NCBI GenBank assembly: GCA_965112735.1 | Contig: OZ218960.1 | Location: 372,001 to 436,000, forward strand | Origin: Phaeosaccion multiseriatum | Lineage: Eukaryota > Protista > Ochrophyta, other classes | Length of the DNA: 64,000 bases | Direction of reading: 5' to 3' | Part shown: positions 54,182 to 64,000 of the stretch, one piece after another | How the letters are laid out: every line of letters begins with the position of its first letter | Position numbering within the stretch: the first letter of the stretch is position 1 | Translations under genes and position numbers: made by a program | Notes under the pieces: generated by a model | The model's database searches: none | What the model was told of the DNA's origin: nothing | The model's input: only the letters and a program-made list of their open reading frames with translations

Positions 54182-57100
54182 ATGAGGGCCTCCACAGCAG
54201 TCAAGGCGAAACGAAGGAAGGGCAAAGGAGGAGTTGAGCCCAGCGCTTCATTTAGTTTGGAAGGCACGGGTGGCGGTGGCGATGAGAGCGAGGAGGAGGA
54301 AGAGGAGGAAGAGGAGAATGAACAGGGGACGGGGGGGGGTAGAATTAGGGCGGCAGCACAGCGCAAGGCCGTTACATCGAGCAAGGGGAAGAGTAACAAG
54401 AGAAAGAGTGCCGGAGGGAGCAGCAGCGACGGGAGGGGGAAGCAGAAAATGCGAAAATCTCAAGAGCAGGAGGAGGAGGAGGAAGAGGAGGAGGAAGAGG
54501 GGGAGGGAGAGAGGGAAGATGAAGAGGTTGAAGGGGGAGGTGAGGGAAAACGGGACGCCAACGGCGATACGGGTGCTGGTGGGAGGGCAAGCCCCAAGCC
54601 TCCTGGCCATCGTCGCCAGCCCAGGAGGAGAAGTCCAGGAAGGGGCGTTTCGGTAACGTCTTTGCGTGGAATCACGGAGGCCGACAGCAGCGATGAAGGG
54701 GGGGACAAAGAGCAAGCGGATGAAGCGGCGGAGGGGCGAGACGGTTGTGGGAGGCAGAGTGCAAGAGCAAGCGGTCGAAAGAGAGCAGCCGCAGGGGCAG
54801 GGAAGCAGCAGCAGCAGCAGCAGCGGTCGAACGGTGGTGGCAACAGTAGTAGCAACAGGTCCGTATGGCAGCTGGCGTCGGCCGTTTCAACCGGAGCAGC
54901 AGTGGTGGCGTCTCGAGCAGGAGCAACAGCCCAGTCTATACGCGGCAGCTGTGGTGCTGCCTTATGGCCTCTCGCTGAGAAGGAGAAGGAGGGGGAGGAG
55001 GATATAGCAGCGAACGACACTAACAATGGGGGGGCAGAAAGGCGGAGGAGGGGTCAGAAGCAAGCGCCCATAACAGCCCTACGTGCTGCCCTGAGTGGGC
55101 TGAGAGCAAAGGTCTGGAACCCGAGGGGGAAGGGCAGCAAGGCGTGGTCAGTTATCACGGCACTGGCGCTACTGATGCTGCTGCTGTTCGGGCTTGGCAA
55201 TTATTGTTATTGCCATCACTGGCGGTGGTGCTTGTTCGGAGAAGGGGAAGTACCGGGCGTGGACCGCCTATCAGGAATCATGTCTCTGGGAGGTGGTCCG
55301 TGGGGTGAGGGTGGGGGCACCCACGCGTCTTCTTCTTCTTCGTCGAGCTGGAGTTCGAGTCCGCTGCACGACATTTTTGAGGGAAACTCTGCGGTGCGGG
55401 ACCTCAGACTGTCCATGCAGAAGGAAGACAAGGCGATTGGTCGGCTGGAGGAGGACAATAAGAGGCTATTGAGGCATTTGGAGGCGAGTAGCGCACAGAT
55501 AGAGACCTGGAAGGAGGCTGCGAGGGAAGTCAGGGCACACCTTGAGGGCATCCACCGAGAAGGAGCCCGCCAGAGGCTGGAGGTGAGCAAGGAGGTCAAG
55601 GGGGATAGGAAGGAGAGTCGCAGTGGCAGCGATGTGGGCAGCGATGTGGGTATGATTGGGCGGCATCGACTGGAAGAGGACCCCCAACAAGAAGTAGCCG
55701 TAGACGGAGAGAGGACGAGCGTCGTCGGTCTCACGGCGCTGCAAGCATCATTGCAGCAAAGCGTGGACAGGTTGGTGCAGGAGATGAGCAGGGTAGAGAG
55801 TGCCATGCTTGCTTCTACGCAGCAGAGGCTGGACGCTGGCGTCAGGGCGTCTGCCATCGACGTGAAGGACTACCTCCTCCAGGAAGATGATGACGATGAT
55901 CATGCTGAGGAGAAGGAGGGTGCGAGGGAGGAACGAAGAGGAGGAGGAGATGGGGAGGGGCCACACCAAGTAGAGCAGCAGGGTGAAGAAGCTGATGGTC
56001 GTAGCCATGCTCTCCGTGGGAGTGGGAAGAGTGGTGATACGGTAACATCGAGCCCAAGCCAGTTGAAGGTGATGGAGGAGAAGATGCAGGAGATGAACGG
56101 GGTGATGACGAGGATCCAAGCAGTGCGATCGATGCTACATGGGTCGGAGGCAGAGGTGGTGAAGGCCGTGGAGGACTTTGAAGTGTTGTGGGATGACCTC
56201 AACACGAAGCTCACTCGAGAGACGCTTACCAGCCACAAGCAGGCCTGGGTGGATATGCACTGGGAGAGGATGGCGCTGGAGCGCCGAGAGAAGAACGGAG
56301 GAAGAGGAGGAGAGGGGGGGGGGTCAGGGTTGAAGGAGGAGGAGAAGGAGGAGGAGGACAAGGAGAAGGAGGAGGAGGCATTCGTGGCGCATCTGGGCGA
56401 CGAGGCCACTCTACGGCGGCAGCTTCACGACAAGGTGGGTGGGTGGAGGCGTATGGATAAGCAGAGAGGCGGATTGGGGGGGCGTATGGGTGAAAGAGGA
56501 ATGAGGGGGGCGCTTCTCCAAGCCGTTCGGACTCCTACTAACTTTTTCAGTTGACGCGCCCTTCCTTTTTTCCCTGGTCTTTACATCCTCCCTGCCTCCC
56601 CTTCCACTGCCATCTCCTCCCCGTCCTTACTCCCTCCCTCCCTCCCCATCCATCCATCCATCCATCCATCCGTCCGTCCGTCCATCCACTGCCACCCCTC
56701 ACCCTCGTGCCTCATAGGTGGCTTGGTTGGCCGAAGACCTTTCCCTGGCCATGCTACAGAGCTCCACGAGAGCCCTTGAAGAGGAGGTACACCGAGCGGC
56801 TTCTGCAGCCTTTGTCGCGGCGGCGGGCGGGCGTGAGAAGCGGGAGGAGAATGAAGTGGGCGCAGAAGAAGAAGAAGAAGAAGAGGACGGAAAAAAGGAC
56901 GGCGCGGAAGAAGAGGAGGAGCTGCTGCACGCTTTCGTCAACGCCACAGAGGCCCAGTACTTGGTGTCAGCCTCTGTGGAGGCCCTGGCAGCCACTACCG
57001 CCGCCGCACCCTCTCCATCCGGGGGCTTGTCGGGCGGAGGAGCAGGGGTGGGGGGAGGATGGGGAGGATGGCAGTGGATGGAGGAAGGGTTTCCGCGTCC

Positions 57101-57907
57101 CGACTACGCAGCACTAGTGAATGGAGGGTCGGTACTTAGCGGCGAGCGATACACCTCGCCCACATACGCCGCTGTGATGTTGGATGGGCTGACGAAAGTC
57201 TTCCATGACCTTCGGGTGCCCGGCTACGTGCAGGGGGAGGGGCCTGACGTGGTCATCTCACAGGGGGTGAGGATGGGGCAATGCTGGGCCTTTGCGGGGT
57301 CCTTTGGTCACATTACGGTGGCGCTGGGACGTCCGATCGTACCCACCCATGTTACACTGGAGCATGTACCCATGGGGCGGTTGACGCTGAGTCTCAATGG
57401 GGGAAGTAGCGCCCCTGAGACGTTCCGCGTGGAGGGCTGGCATCACCACCCGGAGACCAGGGGGGAGCGGCCTGTGGTGCTGTTGGAGGGTGGGGAATTT
57501 GCCCCACAGGGCAGTGGGGAGGAGGAGGACGACTGGAAGAGAGGAGGAGGAGGAGGAGGAGGAGGAGGAGGAGGAGGAGGAGGAGGAGGAGGAGGAGGAG
57601 GGGGGGGGGGGGAGCACAAACATTTGAGCTCAACACCCGGGCAGTGAACGCAAGGGCCTTTACGCACGTGACCGTGCACGTGGAGTCAAATTACGGCCAT
57701 CCGGACTACACCTGTCTTTATGGCGTAAGGGTGCACGGCCAGCCTGTGAGTGTGGAGGAGGAGTTGACGGTTACAGAATCTCCGAAACGGCTAGGGGAGG
57801 AGGCCTGGCGAGGAGAGGGAGACTGGGGAGAGGGGGAGGGAAACTGGGGAGACGGGGAGGTGGACGGAGAGGGAGAGGAGTACTACGAGGAGGAAGGGGA
57901 GGGATAG
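54182..57907 (+). CDS. SUN (Sad1/UNC-84) domain nuclear envelope protein
   Basis: Basic N-terminus, TM VITALALLMLLLFGL, coiled coils, intron 56435-56717. SUN motifs DYA..GGSV..TSPTY, GQCWAFAG, VTLEHV..SSAP, ESNYGHPDYTCLYGVRVHG. Frameshift in the G run near 57600. Confidence 0.92.
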
Positions 57908-57971
57908 AGAGAAAGGTGACGCATCAATCAAACATCAAAGCTCGACGCTCTTTTCTACATCAAAACGCTAA

Positions 57972-58575
57972 CTACGCCCTAAAACCCATCATCTTCTTAC
58001 GTAAAGCTACAAGTATGGTTGCCAAAATGTCAGCCAACTGTGCCTTCGAAGCCACGTACTCGAACGCAATAAGTTCGTCCTTCACCGCGTCTTGTAGAAA
58101 ATGAAACCGAACATCAATGTGCTTCATCCTCCGCGTCGATGAATTGCTCTCCGCCAGCTTGATGCACCCCATGTTGTCCTCAAAAACAACCGGCGCCGTC
58201 GACAAGTCATCAGGGAACAAGAAATTCAATACCTGCCTAATATATAATATCTCCTTCACACAATCGCTGGCCGCCATGCACTCACTCTCCAGCGAAGACA
58301 TTGCCACACTCAGCTGCAGTCGCACACCCCAAGTGATAGCCGCACCTCCGTACATCAAAGCGTAACCAGTCGTACTCCTGCGAGTGTCAACACATGCAGC
58401 GTAATTCGCGTCTGCATAAGCTTCCAAAACACACTCGCCATTGCCAAACACCAAGGCAAAATCCACAGTACCCTTCAGGTACCCAAACACACACATAGCC
58501 TGCTTCCAATGCTCAGGGCCGGGGTTCTTCCATATATGCCGCGACAACTCTCGAACAGCAGAGGCAATATCAGGC
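57972..58575 (-). mobile_element. Ty1/Copia pol fragment (RT end + RNase H)
   Basis: PDIASAVRELSR, YLKGT, AYADANYA..DTRRSTTGY, SVAMSSLESE, EDNMGCI, KHIDVRFHF, QLADIL. Confidence 0.95.
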
Positions 58576-58745
58576 CCTGCAGTAGGGGGGGGATGATTGA
58601 AACTGAAACCAATGTCCCACCGGGGGACATTACGCTATTGGCATTTGACTTGGTGTTACAATGTATATGGTCCGTGCGGCATGATGATTACGTAAGGCCA
58701 AGAGTTAATATCGACCCTACCTCCTACGGGCGATTTGGGCGATTC

Positions 58746-61700
58746 TTACGCAAATCGAGTGACGCTCCGAACCTTCGACTTCCCCCCCCCCTCTCCAGCA
58801 CCCGCGCTGCCCGAGGGGGCGCTTCCCGAGGGGGGCACCTCAAGGCCCTGCTGCCTAGGGCTGTCCTTCATGCTCTTTCGGGTCTTCACTGACTTAGTGC
58901 TCTCCGACGGCGCCCCCGCAGGCCGCAGGGATCGCCCCCTGGGGCCCTGCTGCTGCTGCTGCTGCTGCCTGGGCTTAGGTTTGAGCATATGTTTCGGCGG
59001 CTTGGTGGGCTTGCTAGCGTCCCCTCCTCCTCCTCCTCCTCCTCCTCCTCCTCCTCCTCCTCCTCCTCCTCCTCCTCCTCCTCCTCCTCCTCCTCCTCCT
59101 CCTCCTCCTCCACCACCTCCTTCTCCACCTCCTTCTCTCAGTCCTCTCCGTCCTATTTGTGACTTCCTTCCCACCTTTCCTGCCTTAGACAATCCCCTTT
59201 GTCCATTGCCACTACCTCCACTCACTGACGGATTACTCGGATGCTTCACCGCCACCGCCACCGCCAAAATGCTCTTTACAGCCTCGGAAAGTTTGGGTTT
59301 GGTTTTGCGGTGCACCCTGTTTCCGTCTCTGGGTGTGGACCAAGGTAACGAACCACGTGACCCTCCGTTGCTCCCTTTGCCTCGTCCTCGTCCTCCTCCT
59401 CCTTCTTCTCGGATCGTCAAGCGATTCACCGTAACAACCTTCTTGATAGCGTCGGTGAAGAGCTTTTTTTTCCTTCCTCCGCCTCCATAAAGCCGATCTA
59501 CCCACGAACCTCCGCTATCTGAGGCTGGGGCAGGCGTATCGGCCACCTGCCCATGTGCTTGTCCTCCTTGGCCCAACCCTTTTCGCCCCCCACGGCCTCC
59601 TCCCGCCCCCCTATGGCCATGGCCACCCTCTGCCGCCTTCAGTTGGCGCCGTCGATCATCTACTTCCTCCCGAAGCAGTCGAGTTTTGTTCCCGTCTGAG
59701 CCCAGCCCCCCCTCCATGCCCCCCTCCACCCCGGGATCGAGCCCCCCAGGGAGAGGAGGGGGCGATCCCAGGGCCATGGAATCGATGTGGGGCACCAGCC
59801 CCCCGGGAATTCGCTCAGTCATCCTAGAGGCATACAGGCCCCGCTTGGGGTTGGCTGCCGCCGACCCCCCTGTCTGCGGCTGGGGTGACGCGAAAGACGA
59901 ATATAGGCAGAGGGAGATAGAGAGGGAGGGAGGGAGGGAGGGAGGACGATGTATGGGGTAGAGAGAGGCATATACAGGTACAGGTAGAGGCAGGAAGGAG
60001 GCACACATAGGGGCCAGGGGAGAGGTTAAAGCGATTTGTAAGTTGGTTAGAGGAGGGAAGCGCATTTGATCCCCTCTTTTCTTGCCCCCTCATCTGCCCT
60101 CTTGTCTTGGGCCTCTTTCTTTCCCCTCTCCCTCCCCTCCCCTCCCTTCCCCTCCCCTCCCCCTCCGCTCCCCTCCCCTCCCCTCCCCTCCCCTCCCCTC
60201 CCCTCCCCTCCCCTCCCCTCCCCTCCCATCCCCTCCCCTCCCATCCCCTCCCCTCCCCTCCCCTCCCCCTCCCTCACCTCTGTCCCTCCTCCCTCGTCGA
60301 GTGGAGCCCCTACCCTACTCCGACTCGGAAACTCCAGCACCACCTCTGCCCACAACTCGCGGCCGGACACCACCACAGCGGCCTCGTATATCACCTTGGG
60401 GCAGGCATATGGGCAGGCATAGGGGCAGGCATAAGGGCAGGTATATGGGCATAAGGGCAGACATAAGGGCAGGCATAAGGGCAGGCATATGGGCAGGCAT
60501 AAGGGCAGGCATATGGGCAGGCAGTTTGGCAGGCATATGGGCAGGCTTATGAGGTTACAGGTATATGGGCAGGCATATGGGCAAGTATAAGGAAAGACAC
60601 ACGGGCAGGCATATGGGCAGGCATGCATTGGCCAGGCTCAGGACCAGGTGTCGGGACAGGAAAGGGAGGGGAGGAGGAGGCACATGGGCAGGCATACGGG
60701 TAGACATAAATTAGCAGGCATATGGGCAGGCTAGGCAGATACAGGGGCAGGCATATGGGCAAGAAGAGGTACAAGGGCAAGCGGGCAAGAAAAGGCATAT
60801 GGGCAGGCGTACGGGTAGGAAAACTGACACTGCAGCTCACCTGTTGCTCTGTGCCGGCAGTGGTGGTGTTCTCTAAGCGCAGCACTTCCAGAGCCGAGTT
60901 GTCCGCTAGCGCCTTGATAAGAGCAGATGTGCCGGTCTGGAGGGAGGAGGAGGAGGAGGAGGAGGAGGAGGAGGAGGAGGAGGAGGAGGAGGAGGAAGGG
61001 GTGGGCTGCTGGTCTCACCTTGTCAGCCTTAGCCTCTTAGCCCTGTTCTGTTCTGTCCTGTTCATTAGACCTTAACCAATACATCGATCCCACGACCCGA
61101 AACATCGATCCGCACAATCGATTCGAAAATCGATGTCATGTGCTTCTGGCCAACTTGTGCCTTTTCTGAGGTCCTTACAATAGCCACAGAGTAAACTGAA
61201 ACTCTAAACTCCAATAACTTCCATGGCTTCATTGACATTGGCTTCATTGACATACTCACCTTGCCGAGAGCGTTCCAGCCCATTTTGAGAGCTCTTAGGT
61301 AGGCGTTGTGTCGTAGGCTGTCTGCTATCAGCAGGGCCGACTCCTCCCCGAGACGGTTCCGACTCAGGTCAAGGAAGGTCAGAAGGCAACCCCCCCCACC
61401 GCTGCCAAGGTCTGTGGCGAGGGTCTGCCCCACCTGTTGGTTGTACATGCGTGAGTAAGTCAGTGATTCAGTGACGTAGTACATAGGTCAAGGTAGGATG
61501 CGGATTAAAGGTTGCACATGCGGTAGTTGTGACTCAGTACGTAAGTAGTACGTAATCAGGATGCTTCTGATGAGGGAAGCGAATGATGTGGCCATTCCGA
61601 GCACTCGACTACGGTCATGCTTGGTCCCACCCGGGCGTGGGAGGAGGAGAGCAGGGGCTATTGACGTGAAATGGAACTACGTCACTGATCATGAGTGAAT

Positions 61701-64000
61701 GACATGCTCACCTCGTCTGTGAGTCCGTTGAAGGGAAGGCTGAGGCGACGGAGGACGCAACTCACACTTGTGAGGCAAGCGTTGGTGGCCAGCTGAAGGG
61801 GGGGGGGGGGACGGGGAGGGAGAGAGGGAGAGGGAGAAAGAGAGAGGGAGAGGGGGAGAGAGAGTGAGAGATAGAGGAAAAGGGAGAAAGGAAAAAGGAA
61901 GGAAGGGAGGAAGGGAGGAAGGAAGGAAGGAAGGAAGGAAGGAAGGATGGAAGGAAGGATGGAAGGATGGGAGGAAGGAAGGAAGGATGGGAGGGAGGAA
62001 GGAAGGAAGGAAGGATGGGAGGAAGGAAGGAAGGGAGGAAGGAAGGAAGGAAGGAAGGGAGGAAGGGAGGAAGGGAGGAAGGAAGGAAGGAAGGATGGAA
62101 GGAAGGAAGGAAGGAAGGAAGGAAGGAAGGAAGGAAGGAAGGAAGGAAGGAAGGAAGGAAGGAAGGAAGGAAGGAAGGAAGGAAGGGAGGAAGGAAGGAC
62201 GGAAGGAAGGAAGGAAGTGAAGGAAGTGAAGACCACTCTGCCCCTGCCCGTCGCAGTTGGGGGGGGGGGCGCAGCTCAATCCTTTCAGCCCCTTCACTCA
62301 CCTCCACCCCTCCTTGTTCTCGCAGGTCGTTCCATCCTAGATTGAGTGTGCTCAATCTCTGGTTAATCGAGTTGGGCATAGTTGGGCATACATACATACA
62401 CGGGTGTAGGGAGAGGGCTTTTGAGGCTTGTGTTGTGTAATGGAGAGTCCTCAATAGCGGTGGAGAAGGACTGTAACGACAAGGAGACAAGCCCTCCCAT
62501 CCATTGCCATCCCTCCCTCTCTCTCCTCCTCCCCATTCGCCTCTTACTTCTTCTCTCCCCGATGCCTATCCTCACTCTAACCTTGTGAAATCTGCAAATG
62601 TCTGCCATGGCCGAGCCCCCCTGGAGAGAGATGTGATTTCCGCTCAGATCCAGGGAGACAAGGCCCTGGGGGGGTGGTCGGGTTCCAGTTTGAGTTCCAG
62701 TCTGTTGTGCTCTCAATGCTTGCACCCTCAGCCTGTCGCGCAGCCTCTCCGCAAAGGTGTTTCCTAATGTGTTGCTTGCGACGCACAAGTCTGCGATGGT
62801 GCTGCAGGGAGGGAGGGAGGGAGGGAGGGAGGGAGGGAGGGAGGGAGGGAGGGAGGGAGGGAGGGAGGGAGGGAGGGAGGGAGGAGAAGTTCCACTTAGT
62901 ATAGCCGTTGTGGAAGCACCGAGAGGGCCCCATCCCAACCTGACCCCACCCAACCTTACGTACGTGTTCATCCCCAGTAACTCTGCCAGCGGCTCGGCCG
63001 AGTGACTGGTGAGGAGGTTGTCCGACAGGTCCAGCTTGGTCACTTTGGAGTTGAGTTGCAAGGCGAGGCAGAGGTCTCGTGTGCCTGTGTCTCGGAGGTT
63101 TGCACTTTGGGTATTAAGGGGTAGTGGGGGGGGGGGAGGGGCAGACATAAGGGCCAGAATATGGGCAGGCATATGGGCAGGCGTTAGGGAAGACATGTGA
63201 GAAAGCAGGTAGCAGAACAGGCGGCAGGCATATGTGGAGGAGCAGGCCAGTAGAGGCATACGGGTAGGCAGACAGGAGTATGGGGAGGGCAGGAACATGG
63301 TCGGGCGTATGGGGCAGGCAGTGGGGAGACTCATTGGTGAGGGGCGAAGGGTTGTTGGATGAGGAGGGGGGGGCGACAAAGATGAGGATAACCCCCCCCA
63401 GCACCAGCCAGGGCCGCGTTGATGTTTTCGTATGCCTCTAACCTGCTCAGACTGAGTGTCGTGATGTATTGGTTTTCTCCGAGGCCTCTATTGGGCGATG
63501 ATGTGAACAAACCAACAGCAGCAGCAACAACGACAGGAGGAGGGGAGGGAGGAGGGGAGGAGGGGAGGAGGGGGGCTAAGGAGAGTCGAAGTAGAGAGGG
63601 ATGAGAAAACCAGAGACAGAGGGACAGAGACAGACAGGGAGAGAGAGGGGAGCCGGTCCCGTCTCCACCACATACACTCCACTATCTCTCTCTCTCTCTC
63701 TCTCGTAGCTGCAACTGAAGGCAAGATGCTACTCTGTCCACCGTCCCAACCAGAAGACACGGTCGGCCAATGCTACGCTCTCACTTGGCGAGGGCTCGGA
63801 AGTCCCTTGCGGAGAGGAGAGTGTTCCTGAGATGGAGCTGCGGGGACAGGAAGCTGCCCTGGATGTGCGAGCAGGGATGAATTCCCAGCTCCCTACACGC
63901 GGATAGATACTCGGAAATGCCTGTAGATGCGTGAGGGCAGACGCCCCGCGGTGCCACGTAGGGCGGTGACACCGTCTCCTGGTCGACAAGGGACGAATGG
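58746..64000 (-). CDS. RI-like leucine-rich repeat protein (LRRC74/NLRC3-like), 5' truncated by the window
   Basis: Exons with YLSACRELGIHP, VTKLDLSDNLL, LVSLDLSGNHI, LSTLNLGWNDL, LRRLSLPFNGL, LTFLDLSRNRL, LRALKMGWNAL; basic low-complexity C-terminus. Confidence 0.85.
60398..60810. repeat. (GGGCAGGCATAT)n-like intronic minisatellite
   Basis: Imperfect 12-mer repeats; related motifs near 27705, 33615, 49000 and 63160. Confidence 0.85.
61896..62230. repeat. (GGAA)n intronic tract
   Basis: About 330 bp purine tract. Confidence 0.95.

Noticed and set aside
61560-61600. Hammerhead ribozyme (CTGATGAG)
   Set aside because: No stem II + GAAA core in the proper arrangement.

Overview
Eukaryotic, GC-rich genomic DNA with many introns filled by microsatellites. 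It is most likely a photosynthetic stramenopile, inferred from one bipartite 'SSS-F-LP' plastid-type presequence. Most ORFs in the six-frame track are repeat artefacts; the real genes appear only after joining GT-AG exons. The window holds: two tandem secreted zincin-like metalloprotease/mucin/Cys-repeat paralogs whose stalks are built from tandemly amplified exon+intron units; a CRE-like LINE remnant; a 41-aa Cys-rich microprotein; a protein with five 'half-LIM' Zn fingers; a large protein with two virus/phage-like glycosyltransferase-type domains; a metaxin/FAX-like GST pseudogene; an HSP20-like protein; a cAR/GCR1-type GPCR; a PTEN-C2 phosphatase; DOT1-like and METTL21-like methyltransferases; a second putative glycosyltransferase; a plastid-targeted protein with two tandem RbcX-like domains (top candidate for a new system); a sphingosine kinase; a SUN protein; a Copia RNaseH fragment; and a 5'-truncated LRR gene. 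Genes are mostly in head-to-head pairs. All family assignments come from motif recognition by eye, not database searches.
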